Assembly (NCBI GenBank): GCA_013265495.1
Contig: MU057487.1
Span: 620,001-684,000 of the forward strand
Direction of reading: 5' to 3'
Source of the DNA: Vicugna vicugna
Taxonomy: Eukaryota
DNA: 64,000 bases
Made by a program: the position numbers and the translations under genes. Numbering within the stretch: position 1 is the first letter of the stretch; each line of letters begins with the position of its first letter. The notes below the pieces were generated by a model, which made no database searches, was not told the origin of the DNA, and worked only from the letters and a program-made list of their open reading frames with translations. Below are positions 1-14,714 of the stretch, piece after piece.

Positions 1-54
1 TGGTCTCAAGGCCTGACACACCCCTTTTAAGGTTGGGAAGGGAAACAGTGGTGA

Positions 55-260
55 CTCATTCACTCAAGCACCTAATATGTGCTGGCCATTGGGAGAAGGG
101 CAGGGAACACAGTGGTGAACAAAGCAGACCCAGGTCCTGCCTCTGTGGGAAACTGGAACCTGGCCAGGGGACCAGGCATTGAACATGTAATTACAGCTGC
201 GGTGAGTGTTTGTGAGCATAAATACAAGGTGTTACGGGAGCGTTATTCAGATGATCTAAC
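55..260 (-). mobile_element. L2 3'-end fragment
   Basis: tcattcactcaagcacctaatatgtgc...aacacagtggtgaacaaagcagacccaggtcctgcc resembles the reverse complement of the L2 3' end. Confidence 0.55.
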
Positions 261-2129
261 TGGTCCCAGGGTGCAGAGGCTGGAAACGTTCCCAGAGAAG
301 TATTATGCAGGCTCCGCTGAGACCACCTCCGCACAGAACTCGACAGCTTGGATCTCATCCTCCAAACAGTGCAAGGTCACCACAATCACAGAGCCGGTGG
401 GGTCCACTGTGATTGGTGAGAAGGGTGCTTTGGAACGAGCAGTTTGCCCTCAGTGTGGAGAACTCGCAGGAAAGCAAGATGGGGCGTGGTGGGGGTGCTC
501 TGGGAGGAGGATGCTGCAGGGTCCAGGTGGGGGATTATAGGGGTTTTGACAGTTTAGAGTGAATACGGGGAAATGCCTAAGAGGTAAAAATAAGAGTGAA
601 AGTAAGGTTGTAAACAGAATGCAGAGTAAGTAGGGATATTCAGTCACTGCAGGGTTTTTTGGCTCCAAAGTCTATAGAATTTGAACGGTTACCAGAGTAA
701 ATGTGTTCTCACATCTAAAATGTGATTGATCTACAAGAGAGCGAGACTGATCAGACACAAAAGCAGAAAAAAAGTAGTTAGTGAAACAAACGTTGGCAGT
801 GGCTGTAGACCTTCCTGATGGGTTTAGGGGATGGTGACCTACAGGCTCTTTGAAAATTTAAGTCTAGATGACAAGGTGAGCCCTAGACCGAAAAGGATGA
901 ATTAAACTATATTAACTTAATGTCATCAACTGTTTAAGTACTGAACCTTAAAACCGTCCAACCCTTCTTCTGATTCCCTGTGAGCAAGTAACTATCAATT
1001 ATCGTCTTCCCTATCTTCCCTATTTATAGGTCTATTTATGTATGTTTGGGTGTTCTAAATCCTGTACATTATTTCCCACTGCAAATGAAACTGGAATCTG
1101 GTATATAGCAATCTTATTACATGAACTTGTTTAATAGAAGTCTTACCCTGGATGATATATCATCCTTACTGGGCAGACAAAGGAAGTTCTGCTGTTGTAT
1201 TTACCTGGGTGGTGAGTGATGGGAAGAAGGACTGGAAGGCTGAGAACCAGATCCTGGTTGGTCCCTGGGAAGACACTTCCGTAGGAATGTGCACCTCTGT
1301 GGTCCATAGGCTCCCACCGTGTTTCTCACATTTGCCTTTCTACAGACTTCAGTTGCTATCTCTTTAACGGTGGAGATGAAAATACTCACTTTCTACTTAC
1401 CAGACTCTACTTGTGAACCCGCCATATTCATATGATGTAATATTGTTCTAAGACAGTGAATTATGCATCTGGTAGGTTTTAAGAAGTAACTTAAAATGAC
1501 TGTTCCATGGACGACGTATTATATCTGGTCTCTGCTTTTCTGGTCCAGGAATCTATAAACAACTCATGTATTATCATATACTACACATACATTTCCTTTA
1601 TCCCACAATAAGGATCCTAGTTCCCAAGGAAACAGATGATGGAATCAGAATATCTCATAAGTATATATTTATGTTATTCCACAATAGCCGTGGAAATGTC
1701 TAAGTGTAACAGCTCGTACTACCACTGTCAGTTAACTACTGGGAAGAGTTAAAACAAATTGTTTGCATACGATCTCTCCACCTCCCCATTTTAAAATAGT
1801 TTTACTGTATATCCATTTTCCGAGTATTGTCTCCAATATGTAGTTACAAATCTTTTTAAATTGTAGGAAAATTTTTTTGAATTATAGTCTTCAGTATTTG
1901 TTTCCCTGCTTTGGTTTTTTTTTTCTTTGAGGATACCTAACACCTATATGTTGAATCATCTTTGGCTGGCTTCAATATTTACACTGTTTTCTTTAATCAT
2001 TTTTATTCTTTCACTTCATATCCTTTTTATTTCCTCACAATTACATAACTACAGGAATACGAATAGATGTTAATGGCAGTCTGATACAGTTTATACAATT
2101 GTGTAGTGCACAACATAACCAACAAAGTA

Positions 2130-3374
2130 TTGTCAACGCATTGCCATCACCCTAGAAAACTTGCTCATATCCCTTTCTAATATGTCTGACCATTTAGAAG
2201 CAACCAGTATTCTGATTTTCTGTCCCCATTTATTAGTCTTGCCTGTGCCTAATTCATAAAAGTGAAATTGTACAGGAGATTTTTTTTTATGAATCATTCT
2301 TTCACATAGCATGAGACTTACATGTATCAATAGTTTATTCTCTTTCATTGCTGAGTAGTGTCACATTGTATGACTCTATTTTAAAATTTATTTAATCTAT
2401 TCTGTTAATGGACATTTGGGTTATTTCCAACTCTCACTGTAACAAATAAAGCTACAGTCAACAGGCATGAACATTTTTGTGCACACAAATTTTCATTTCT
2501 TGTGAGCATACGCCTAGCAATGGAATTACTGTATGTTAAGGCAGGTGTATGTTTAATTTATAAGAAATTGCCAAAGAGATTTCCACAATGATTTTGCCAC
2601 TTTACACTCCTATCAAGAATATATGAGTTTTGTATTGATAGTATTTTACACATTAGCTATTCTAATGTGTGTGTAGTAGTATTTAATTATAGTTTTAATG
2701 TGCATTTTCCTGATGATAATGACCTTAAGAGTCTTTTCATGTACTTAACAGACATTATATACCCTATTTTTTTGAAATGTCTGTCCAAATTCTTGCCTAT
2801 TGGAGGAAGGTCATTTATATTTTATTATTGATTTATAGGACTTTTTATAATCAAGATGTGCACTCTTTGTCATATGTATGTATGTATTGTAAATATTTTT
2901 TCTCAGTCTGTGACTTGATTTTTAATTTTCTTAATGGTATCTTTTGATGAGCGGATGTTATTAATTTTGATGAAGTCCAATTTATCATTTTTCTCTTTTA
3001 CGGTTGGTGCTTTTTGTGTTCTGGTCTAGAAAATCTTTTCTTACCTCCAGGTTGCAAAGATATTCACCTATGTTTTCTTCTATGAATTTAATAGTTTTGA
3101 ATTTTACACTTAGTACTGTGATATATCTTTTATGTATGATATAAGGAATGAATGAGGGTTAATTTTTTTCTAAATAGAAATCCAGTTTGCTCAGGTCATT
3201 TTTTAAAAGATGTCCCTTGCCTCATTGAATGACACTGGTGCTTCTGTCAAAATTCAACTGACCACACATGTGTAGATCTAACTATGGACAGTCTGTTCTG
3301 TTCTATTGATATATAGACCTATCTTTATGCAAATGCCATACTGGCTTGATTACTAGATCTTTGTATAAAGCCTT
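2130..3374 (-). mobile_element. Old L1 (L1M/ME-type) 3' region, antisense
   Basis: ttattctctttcattgctgagtagtg...gacatttgggttatttcca...ttttgatgaagtccaatttatc...ggcttgattact are diagnostic of antisense L1. Confidence 0.8.
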
Positions 3375-3390
3375 AAAATCACATAGTGTA

Positions 3391-3456
3391 AGCCAAGACA
3401 TGGAAACAACCAAAGTGCCCATCAACAGGCAATTGGCTTAAAATGTGAGATATGTA

Positions 3457-3511
<55 letters not shown>

Positions 3512-3959
3512 GAGGGAATATAATTTAGCCATAAAAAAGAATAAACTATTGCCATTTGCGGCAACATGGATGGACTTAGGGAATAGTATACCTAGTGAAG
3601 TAAGTCAGACAAAGACAAATACTGTATGATATCACTTATATGATATCACTTATATCTAAAAAACAATACAAATGAGTCTATATATAAAACAGAAACAGAC
3701 TCACAGATATAGAAATCAAACTTATGGTTACTGAAAGGAAAAGGGAGAGGCAGAGGGACAAATTAGGAGCATGAGATTAACAGATACAACCTACTATATA
3801 TAAAATAGGTAAGCAGCACAGATTTACTGTATAGCATAGAGAATTATATTCAATATCTTGTAATAACATATAATGGAATATAATCAGAAAAAAAAACTGT
3901 CACTGTGCTGTCCACCTGAAACAAACACAATATTGTAACTTACTATATTTAAATTTTAA
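3391..3959 (+). mobile_element. Younger 5'-truncated L1 (artiodactyl-type 3' end) nested in the old L1
   Basis: agccaagacatggaaacaaccaaagtgcccatcaac...aaacagactcacagatatagaa...gctgtccacctgaaacaaacacaatattgtaa, with a 16-bp TSD at 3375-3390 / 3960-3975 and an internal (TG)n(TA)n microsatellite. Confidence 0.88.
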
Positions 3960-3975
3960 AAAATCATGTGGTGTA

Positions 3976-5800
3976 GGTCTTTCAACTGTGTTCCTGTTTT
4001 CATTATTGTTTTGGCTATTCAAAGTCTAGGACATTATTGCCATTATTCAAAATTTCATCATTATGTATATTACCTCTAGGGTTTTCATAGATGCCCTTAT
4101 AGTTTCTTATACTCCCAGTTTGCTGAGGAGTTTATCATGAATAGGTGTCAAATTTTGTCAAATTCTTTTTCTACATCAGCTGAAATATCTTTTTTTTTTT
4201 CTATTTTATCTGGTTAACATGGGGGAATATGTTGAATTATCAAATCCTAATCCAGGCTTGACTTTCTAATATAAATTATCTTTTGTCTTCCTCTATATAG
4301 TCAACATGAAATAGTTGATTTTGCCTGACATTTGTGTAGCTAACAGTTTTTATTTTGAGTTAGTGTTTGCACATTATACGTTTTCCTATCCTTTGATTTT
4401 TCAGCTATTTTGTGTCCTTATGTTTGAGTGTCTCTCATAAAATGCACATAGATTTAGATTTTGTTTTTTAGTAAGTCTGATATGGTGCCTTTTAATTACA
4501 ACATTTAGATCATTTATATTTGATATACTTGTTGACATAATCATATTTATATCTACCATTTAACTATTTTCTACTTGTCTCACTGGAATTATTACTTCCC
4601 TATATATCCCATTTTCTCTCCTTTCTTGCCTTCTTTGGATTAATCTAGTATTTTAATATGCAATTTTCCCATTCATTCATTTGGTGACTTTACATCTTTT
4701 GCTATTTTTTATGGTTACCCTAGAGATTGCAGTTAGAATTCCCTGACCTTTTACAATCTCAAATAAATTAGTATAGCAGTTTTGTCACTTTTGAAATAAA
4801 GCAAGGATCTTAAAATACTTTAATTGCATTTATTTTGTGTCAATTTTTGTGCTTTCTTTGTTGTGCATTTTAATTCTGCACATTTTACATACTATTTTAC
4901 ATTACTATTATTGTTTTGCACAATCAATACTTACTTATATATTACCGTATGTTTTCCATTATATATTATATTCCAGTTATGGACTGAGCAGATCTAAGTG
5001 TATATTATAGTTTTATAAAATTTGTTCTGCTTCACCTGATGTATCCTGTTCCAAGGGTACAGCTCTCTAGGGGTTTTAAGAACCTCAGTCTTTTCTGTGT
5101 ACTTTGGTTTCTCATTCTTTAAAGGTCTTTAACTACTATTTGGATTTCTTAATGCTACAAGACTTCCTAAAACTTCACTGATTTTCAGTAGCTTTCTGCT
5201 TAGCTTTGTATCCTGTGCTTTGTGCAACCTAAAATTTGCAAAATTTTCTGAAGGCAACCCACCAAGTGTTGGTCAAAACTTTCTTGACCTTTTTCTCTTC
5301 AAGGTCTTAACTCTTCAAGTCCTGGCTGCGTTGGAAGGTTTGAACTCAAATTTGTATGTCTATAGCCCTGTTAGGGGGAAGGGTATAGCTCAGTGGTAGA
5401 GTACATACTTAGCACACACAAGGTCCTGAGTTCAATCCCTAGTACCGCCATTAAAAAAGTAAATAAATAAACCTAATTACCTCCCCCCACCCCAAAATCA
5501 GGAGTATAACCCTGTGAATTTTTACATTTTTCTTACTTCTTTACTTCTTAGTTAAAACCCTCTGCTTGGACTCTGAATCAGTTCTTCTGTACCAAAAATC
5601 ATCAAATGTCCCAACAGGAAAAATAGTTTGAAGATTATCTGCTTACCTCTCTAAAGTTCTCTTTTTTCTGACTTATTAGTCCCTTGGATTCTGGTTGCTG
5701 TAACAGCTTTCTAGTGTCTTTAAATGGTTTTTTAAAACATTTTATCTGTTTTTTTTTTCTAGTTGTTCTCAGTGGGAGAGCTCGTTTACCCCAAGGAATT
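3976..5800 (-). mobile_element. Continuation of old antisense L1 fragments (interrupted by SINE)
   Basis: cccagtttgctgaggagtttatcatgaataggtgtcaaattttgtcaaa...ttttctacatc and T-rich decayed L1 sequence. Boundaries approximate. Confidence 0.6.
5374..5497 (+). mobile_element. tRNA-Ala-derived SINE (camelid vic-1-like)
   Basis: gggtatagctcagtggtagag...cttagcac...gagttcaatccctagtacc head with A/B boxes, tail aaataaataaacctaattacctcccc. Probable TSD tatagccctgt (5361-5371) / tataaccctgt (5505-5515). Confidence 0.85.
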
Positions 5801-7186
5801 ACATTTTAGCTGGAAACAGAAGTCCTCTTATACTATTTTAATACCCTTCCCTTCTTCTTTCTCAATAGGCTATGATATGACAAAGATTTCTTTAGGGCTA
5901 TGGTGACTATATTTCTAATGCTATGAAAAAAATTCTATGATACTTGCCTATTTAGCTTCTTTTCAGGTTTGTTGAGTAGCGACATGAGGATATTAATGCT
6001 TCTGCTTAAACAGAAATGATAGCATAAAATAAACTTCAGTAGAAGCATATATCTAATATTACTGTTAGTACTTTAGCCGAGAATATTAGAAGCCTCACAA
6101 AGTTCTTCATTTATGTGATTGAAGTCCTTTTTATTATCATTATGACCTCAATTTTAAGCTTCTTACAAAAGTAATAATTTCTTTTTTCAAAACGTCTGAG
6201 GTGAAGATTTTAGCTTTTGACAAGTTGTTTTTATCATCTTTTTCTCTCCCACTCTGTGATAAATCAAAGCAAAATAATAAAAAAAGATTCATTTTGGCAC
6301 TTTGGTACCTAAAGTCTATCTGAAAACATAGCAGGATTTTTTTTCCTTTTATGTAACTTAAGTTGTCTTTTCACCCCCCCCTAATTTTGAGCTTTTGCTT
6401 TCTCATTAATAAAGATTCCTATACAGGAGAATAAACATATAAAATATACTTACAATAAAATAATTTATTTACAGTATAAAGGCTAAATTAACTCTACTAC
6501 AGAATTCTGAATTAAGAAAGACTTTGGGACATACAAAATATTAGTATGAATTTCCAACTTCTATAATTTATATTTGATATTTCTCCTTATTAGCTCCTCA
6601 TATATTTTAATATATATTTTTAGAATTTTTACTTTAACTTTTTTTCAGCAAAAGAAAATATATTCATGACTTCCATATAAAACTTTAGTTTTGGGGGGGA
6701 AAGCTAAAAGAAGAGGGAATTTTACTTCTGAATTATATGTTATAAATTTCTTTTTGGAATAACAGTTAACTGCTTATTTTTCATAATTAAAAGAAGTGAT
6801 AAGTATTAATTGTGGGGAATTTGGAAAATATAGGAAAACACAAAACAGCTAATAAAAATTACCTATAATTTTTCCAATACACAGAGAAAAACCACCATTA
6901 AGATTTTTATATATATTTTAGTTTTTGTTCACACAAATACATACATATACTATATTTACTACTTTATTTCTTTTAACTTAAATTTTGTTGGAGTTTTTAT
7001 GACATTCAGTATTGAGTATGAGAATTAATTTAGGAATTAGTAACAAAAAGAATAAATGTGTTTGCTATTTCTGCAATTATCACGGTGATGAAGAAGCTGA
7101 GGACTGTTTCTATATTACTTTCATATTAGGAGTACTTCTTCATTCTGTTTTGTTTATTCAATCATTTATTCAACATTTATTATAAA

Positions 7187-7316
7187 TAGATGGCCATACG
7201 TCTCTTTGTATGCCTGGGAAAGTCCGAATTTATCTCTTTTATCATGACATAGTTTTTAAGAGCACTTCCTTCATTCTTAAAAGTAATCAGTTTGCATGAG
7301 AAATTATATCATTTCC
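7187..7316. mobile_element. MER81/MER94-like hAT-Blackjack MITE remnant
   Basis: tagatggccatacgtctctttgtatgcctgggaaagtcc...cattcttaaaagt...aaattatatc resembles the recalled MER81 consensus. Confidence 0.45.
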
Positions 7317-7339
7317 TTTTATTTCTAAAAATTGGGCAG

Positions 7340-10230
7340 GTAAAAGGGGAAAAAGATAGCGCATGATGGTAAATCTGCCATGGATCCTGCCCTTCAGAAA
7401 CTATGACCTGCCTACCGTAGGAGGTAAGAATTACCATCAATAACTTACATAGTAAGAACTAAAAAGATCACAGGAGAGAAGCAAAGATATAGTACACACT
7501 GCAATGTGATCAAGAACTTGATAAACATTTTAGAATTCTGAATGGAATACGTGCAAAATTTTGTGAAGAGTAAGAATACTGTAGGTTTAGGGAACAGGTA
7601 TGAAAGACAAACACTATCTTTTTACTATAGCAGGGAGCTGCTGAAGTGATAGGGATTAGTGAGACTAAAATAGCAGAGAAAGAAGAACTGAGAAGTGCGC
7701 AGATGATTTGTAGAGGCTTCTCCCTGGGGGCATCTGCCAATTCCAGGCACTGGCAAGAGTATGGGTATCCTGACTTGGTCCAAGAAAAGAGTCAATGGAG
7801 GGAGGAGAGAATGCAGAAGACACATTGTAGTCTCTTGTGGCTGAAGTGATAAAGTGAAAGGCATGAAAGGCTTCAACATCCATTCAGCTTCTCATCCAAA
7901 ACATGTGCTGATGTCTGCAACTGGGTGGATAAGAAAATTAAAAGATACGCCAAATGCCTCTGACACGGAGAGTCTATTTTCAGAGTCTTTCAATGCTGAG
8001 GAGACAGACCCACCTGTGGAGAGAACTAGAAATTACTCTTAGCAATCACCTGAGGTTGGACTGACAACGTTGGAGACTCAAAGATATGCCAACTTGTAGT
8101 ACAGGTTCCCTGTCAAGGTGTGTGTCCTAATTCTGAAGTTGTGTATGGCAGGAGGCCAAAAATCTAAGCTAAAAGTCTTTGAAGAGCTGGTCGGAATTTC
8201 CCACAGTCTCTCAACGCTGAGGAGATAAAGGCCCACCAGGTGAGCTGCACCAGTGCACAGCCAGGTGCTCCGTTAGAAGTCTTGAAGGGATCTGACTCAT
8301 GGTAGGCTTCCGTAATAATCCTGTCGCAGCTGCAGAATAACTCTACTCTGTTCCTGACTGGATTAAGTTGATCTTTCCCTCTTTACTTAGCAGAAAAAGT
8401 GGTAAAGCAACTCCAGTAGAGATCAGACCATCTACAGCCTCTACAGAATCTAATTTTATATATTTATAATGTCTTACCTGATATAAAATATGTTTAGGCA
8501 AGGAAGACTTAGAACCATATAACAAAAAGACCAAGGGACACAGACAATAGAAACAGACCTGCAGGTGATACACTGATCACTGTCTGAGGATGTTAGAAAA
8601 CCAAATCATTATTCTGAGCATTGGTAAAGAACGGAATCGACCATTTGGCTTGTGTTTCCTGTTTGAACTCTACCTTGGAGGAATTAAATACCTGAAAAGG
8701 ATCAGTTCTCCTTTAAAAATGAAATCTAGTTGACAAATACAGAAGGGATGATAGAATTACAGTATCATTTTGTAGTTTCATCATAAAATAATTGATCTAC
8801 ATAATGTCATCCATGCTTGCTAAAACCATTAAATGGAAGACTGATGGGGAATTTTATGATGTATGCCTCAGGCTGCCACATCTGAACACACTGATGCATC
8901 TTAATGTGATTAATAGAAAACCCAATTTATGTGCTCCCCAGTGTGGTATAACAGGAAGTAAACACCACCTTCAACAAACTATTCTCCCTATGCAATTAAC
9001 CATGGAGCTGATCAGGACTTCAGATCTAACTGCCAATTCATTAGGGAAACACAGGTAAGAGAGAAACATGTTAAATGACACTGCAGGGACTCAATTAGTA
9101 AAATCCATAATCTGGATGTTTGTTCAACAAATAGATAGCAAGTGAAAAGGAGGAGGAAATGTCATTAGATTAAAAAAGACTTAAAAGACTCATCAACAAA
9201 ATACAATGTGCAGATCTTCTTTGGATGATGATTTGAAAATCAAAAGAAAATAAAAATATATGAGATAACCAAGGAAATTCAGATATTGACTATTTAATAT
9301 CAAAAATTTTACATCAAATATTGAAGAATCACTATTAAGTGTGATAATATTTTTCCTTTTAATTATAAAAATGTGTACCTATATTGTAGGTATATATACT
9401 AAATTCTTTATGGATGGAATGACAAAGTTTTAGATTTGCTTTAAAATAAATAAATGCAGGTACAGATGAAACAAGATTCATATATATTGATTATTGTTCA
9501 AGCTGGATAATAAGGATATGAGGGTTCATTTTAGCATTTTTTCCACGTTTATACATTTGAAATTTTTTTTCATAATAGTCAATATTCAAGATGTCTGAAA
9601 AACAAACAGAATTGGGAAGAAAAGTAGGAATTTTCACATGTCTATGTAAATTGTGCAAGCATTTTGCAGAGCAATTTGGCAATACACGAGACAGATGAAT
9701 GTGGATTTAGAACAATCCATCAGTTCTACTTCTAAGTTCAAACCATAGAAGAGGCCTCTCATACATGTGCAAAGACACAACCAAGAGTGTGTACTGCAAT
9801 ATTGCTTAAAATAGCAAGATGAGGGAAGCAACCTAAATAGCCATCAGCAGGAGAACTGATTATGTTCTTGATAGTGTGGTATTTATTCAGTTTAGTTTAA
9901 GTGCATAAACCAGAGCTATATCTATTAACATAATACTGTACAAAAAGGGCAAATTGCTAAATGGAAATTTACTGTGATGCTATGGATATGAAATCTAATA
10001 CCATGCTAAACACTACCACATAAGATTTATTAATACCTATGACTCCACATGTTGTAAAAGTATTAGAATATGCCAAGTGATGACACACACCAAATTTTCT
10101 TTTGAAAAGGAGAGGATTAGTGTTAAGAATGATATATAGACGGTTTAAATATTTCTCTAATATTTTCAAAAGAAAGGAAAACTTAACAAGGCAAAATGTT
10201 AATATTTGACAGATCTATGATGGTAATTGA
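7340..10230 (+). mobile_element. Patchwork of ancient L2/L1ME-type fragments
   Basis: Examples: catcaacaaaatacaatgtgcagatcttctttggat, gcagagcaatttggcaatac, gcaacctaaatagccatcagcaggaga. Highly decayed, boundaries approximate. Confidence 0.5.
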
Positions 10231-11064
10231 GCTGAATCTTATTACATTGTTCTCTATAATCTCCTATTAACTTAGATATCTTTACAATTAAGGATTTTAA
10301 ACCATAGCAATATTTTACACTGCATTGTGTGTTTATGGAAAGAGCCTGGAAGTACTGTGTTAGATGTGCAGACACTGAAAGGAAGAGGGGAACAATTACC
10401 ATTGGCAGAGGGTCTACATATACAGTCAGAGCTCTATTTTTCACTCTGATGAGTGAATGCTGAGAAATAAATATTTAAATTCAGATAATAGAAAAAATGC
10501 ACTTGATTTTGAAAGCAATCAGAAGCACAAATTATCCTATTTACTTATAACAAAAAAAAAGATAGATACCCTTTGCTAAAATGGTCTTGAGTGGTTGCTG
10601 TCAATCTTTATGATTACTTTGGACAGATGCCACATTATTTCCATGGTGACCATCTGGAATTGTATAGACCATTTTATCTCTGCTAAAAGACTCATCTCCA
10701 ATCCTGTCACAGACATGCAACTTCAGACACAGACAGCTAACCTGAGTCTGTACATAGCTTTTACCTGCTCCTGACACATCCACTCAATGTCCCTAACGTT
10801 GTTGGCTAAAAAAAAAGAAAAAGAAAAAGAAAAAAATCCACAGAGAAAACAATTTTCTACTAGAAGTTATTGAAATTCTTGAATAAGGAAAATGGCTAAA
10901 AATCCATGAGTTAAATCAAGTTTGAGATATTATGAATTAGTGTCACCTAAATTACACACTGAGATTTTAAATATCTGGGTCTTTTGTCTGGACTTTTTTC
11001 TTCCAATACTGATGTCTTAAGTTGGGATAGCTTTTTGCTATCTGGAAGCATTTTCACACATACT

Positions 11065-11180
11065 ATTTCAACAATCCTTTTTTATAGATGAGTAACTGAG
11101 TTTGAAAGAGGCAAATACACAGTTGGAGAGTGCCTGGTCTCCTGAATCCTTGTCCAACGATCTTATTGCTACACTATAAT
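11065..11180 (-). mobile_element. MIR fragment
   Basis: tttatagatgagtaactgag core followed by a decayed tRNA-like end. Confidence 0.5.
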
Positions 11181-11400
11181 GAGTAAAACTTGTCTGAAAC
11201 AACCTCCCAAGTTCATGTAAAGAATAATTCCTAGCATAGAAACTGATGTATGGCTGACCTGCTGTAAAGAAAATAACATGCTGAAACAAAATCATATGGG
11301 ACTAAGTACACTTAGAGAGACAGAGTCTCTTACTCAAAAGAAGGTTATTTGGGCAATGGGAATAAATGAGAGAAGCTGTGCACATAGCAAGCAGTGACTC

Positions 11401-11500
11401 GAAGGAAGGAAGGAAGGAAGGAAGGAAGGAAGGAAGGAAGGAAGGAAAAAGAAAGAGAAAGAGAGAAAGAAAAGAAAGGAAAAGAAAAGAAAAGAAAAAA
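11401..11500 (+). repeat. (GAAG)n then (GAAAA/GAGAAA)n purine microsatellite
   Basis: Directly visible. Confidence 0.95.
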
Positions 11501-14500
11501 AGTTTTGCACTTTTAGAAGAAATGGAAAAGGAATCTTTCTAATTAAATTTCTGGGGTTCCTTTAAATCCACAATTTCTGCCAAAAGATTCAGCACAGATT
11601 TGGGACTTATATTTGACAAGCCCCCATATGCTGCATTTTCCCTCCAAGCTTTTACTCTGGCTTGTGGACTCTGTGGTTGGTTGAATATGTGGTTCTACAG
11701 TTGCTAAAAATATCCTGAAGTCCAGCTCCTCCTCTGTGGTTTTATTCAGCTGATAAAATGGCCACTCTGAGATAGATTTTTTTTTAAGTCTTGGCCTGTA
11801 ACCTTTAATAAATCTCTTCTTCTTTCATAAAAGTTAGATGTGTATGCAAAGGTCATTTATACTTCACATCAACACAAAGTCAGAGACTAAAGAAATGGCA
11901 CCGTGAAGGAGATGCTATAATTTTTTTCAACTATTTCAATCGATAGTTAATTAAGGTGGATTTGGAATTGCTTGGCGTTACAGTGTGACGTTTGGTTGTC
12001 AATACGGCTGAAACCCCCGAAGGAACCACAGAACTGTCCACTAGCTGGGAGAATAGCTCCAAGTCAGCTCAGAGGCCACAGAGCTTCCTGCCCCAGTCCC
12101 CAGAGGCACAGAAGCGCTGATCTGTCCAGGAGTGCCACTGTGTGCATCTATGCTGATGTCAGCTCATCAAGTCTCCAAGCTCTCAAGATGTTTCCCCATT
12201 TATTTTTTTAAATCATCATCCATACATCCCAGGAGACAGGGTCGCTACATCATTTTCATAGCCCAGCACAAAAGGAAAACCTGGAGCCCCTAGTTGAAAA
12301 CACAGAGGGAAAAATGTTGAAGTTACCAAAATACAAATCCTTTTCCTTTCTTCTACTGTTTCTCTCTAGACCTGTCATGATGTTTGGTGTTTTTTTTTTT
12401 TCTTGCCATTTAATGCTGTACTCCCTTGTGAGAGATGTTTGCATGGCTAGTGCAAACCCTAGGAGGCGCAGCAGTCCCCACCCGGTGACTTCGCATGGGT
12501 GTGGCTCCCAGGCTGCCAGGTTCCCCTCCAGCCAGTGGGCAGGGGAACAAGAAGCTGAAAACCTTCCCAGGGGAGTCAGGGAGGCAGGACCATGCATGAG
12601 CTGAGGCTCTATCACCCCATGCGTGCTCCACTTCTGCATGGAACGTCACTTACACAACACAGATTAAGCAACAACATGACTGTGAATTTCAGAAGGATGA
12701 CCATGGAGCACTAAACCCTGAGTGCAAGGCCCTTCTGCTGAGGGACCGACCGTGTGTCTGTATTGGTCTCAGGCCGTGAAGCCAGCGTTTCCCGGGTCCT
12801 GGCCTCCCAGCACCACTGGACCAGGCCACATGCAGCTATTATCTGACAGAGAACAGAATTCTAGGATATGCAGGCAGTTTAGCATGGCAAAGTCACATGC
12901 TTTGAGTGTATTTTCTGCCTTCTTTCATGAGAAATGAAGTTGTTTTAATATTATTTTACAGGAGAAATGCCCTTTCTACCCATAACTTCATTTATATGTT
13001 CAAACATCATATTTTTATTCCTGTGCATCTACTACCAATGGTTTCATTGTTTTCATGATCTTTGTGATTTCAGGTGGGCATATTGAATGTCAAGGTCATA
13101 TTACTTTGGCAAGTTCAATGGCAAACATTCTCTCTTTTTCTGATTTTCGTAAATAAATGGATTATTGCAGTAGTAATGAAATTATAGCAAGGTGTTTCAA
13201 GTTCTCGTCTCTGAATGAGGATTTCAAATTGTTCTAGGTAGATCATGTACTTTCAAATGGTATATTGAATGGCCCAAAGTTGACGAAAATATATGTATTG
13301 ATCAATTTTATTTTTTCTCTCTTAGCTTCAGCTGTACTATGAAAAATCTTTTTTTCCCACCGTCTACATTTAGATTAGATTCCTTGCTTTCAGATGTTGA
13401 AAAGATACTCCACTGTATTCTTGTTTCAAACCTCAAACTTGGATCTCTCCTTCCCAGCACAATATCAGGCCTCAGCCTGAAAGACTTCAGTTGGGAAGGG
13501 TCGTGGTCTGCTCCTGAAATCTCTCTGCCTTTTCCCTCTTCTGAATTGCCCCTCCTCTACCTGCTTTGATGGGAAAAGAGATGGGAGAGTTGGCCAAGGT
13601 CTTTGACTTGCCTGGAGCTGTTGTGGTCCTCTTCTGATTAACAATGGATAATTGTCACCAGGATCTTGGAGTAAGTGGCCCAAACTCATAGAGAATATTT
13701 GTGAGTTTTTGGAAAGCCCTATAGGGGACTTCATCACTGCAGAGTTCCCAAAGATGGGAAATTCTCCCAGTTCAGCCTCATCCACACTGCTCACAGGCAC
13801 CTGCTGACAGTTCACGTTTAGCACCTCGTTCCCCAAATTCCTCTCTGTGATCGGCAGCCTCCTTATGTGCAGTGTTGCTAAGATGGCTTTATCCTACCAC
13901 TTTCTAAAGTGCTGCTTAACTCATGGGACACCTGCGTACCCTCACTCCAACACATGCTAGAAAGGCCAGCTGCACACAGCTGCCCCATCAGCCTTGTCAT
14001 GTTCAGGCAGTGCCCTTCTCCCCTTCCAGACCACACTATGTGCTGTACAAGGAGACAGCCAACCGGGGAAGGAGGAGGTGCTCTTCCCTTGAGGCAGGTT
14101 TCTCCAACCTCTTACCATTTCCCTCTCTCCACCTCTAATTATATTCCGCCTTGTGAAGACCAAGAGATACATGTGACTTTATATGAAGTGACAGCAATAC
14201 TTTTATGATAACATAATGTGGAGGAAAGTTAGCAGTACGCTTAAAAGTCACAGTATAAGACATAAATCCAGGAGCATCCTTTAAGAGGTGGTACGTGAGA
14301 AGGTTCAGGTGGAGTCCACAGCCACCAAGAATAAAGGGGGGTGTCAAGAGTGGAGGGAGAAGAGCCAATATGGGATAGACATACACAGAGCAGAAGAAGC
14401 ATCTGCCAGTTGGAAAAAGATGGTCCCACAAGGTACTCCACTGATATGACTTTCAGAAATGAGCCTGGCAGTAAGAAATAGCTGGGCAGCTCAAGAAGAT

Positions 14501-14653
14501 CTAGGGCGTGGAGGTGGAGATGACGTGGAAAAAGACTCCAGAGCCAGGCACGCTCTGCCCCAGCCCAGGCACCGCCTGAGTGGTGTGATCGCCATCTCTG
14601 TATCCATGTATAACCACTCACTCACTGGGTATCTTTTTCTTTTCAATCTTCAG

Positions 14654-14714
14654 GAAGAGGCAGCCAGAATTCTCGCCCACCAGCCAATGTCCGTCGGCAC
14701 ATGTGCAGCTTTGA
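14654..14714 (+). CDS. GRM1: Coding part of the GRM1 85-nt cassette exon (14654-14738) giving the short mGlu1b tail
   Basis: Polypyrimidine tract plus cag| at 14653 and donor |gtaaga at 14739 give an exon of exactly 85 nt. The phase-2 reading (K)KRQPEFSPTSQCPSAHVQL* (TGA 14712-14714) is the known mGlu1b C-terminus. Confidence 0.95.

Noticed and set aside
79..540. 153-aa ORF
   Set aside because: Non-ATG start, overlaps an L2 remnant, lies in the GRM1 intron and has no homology.
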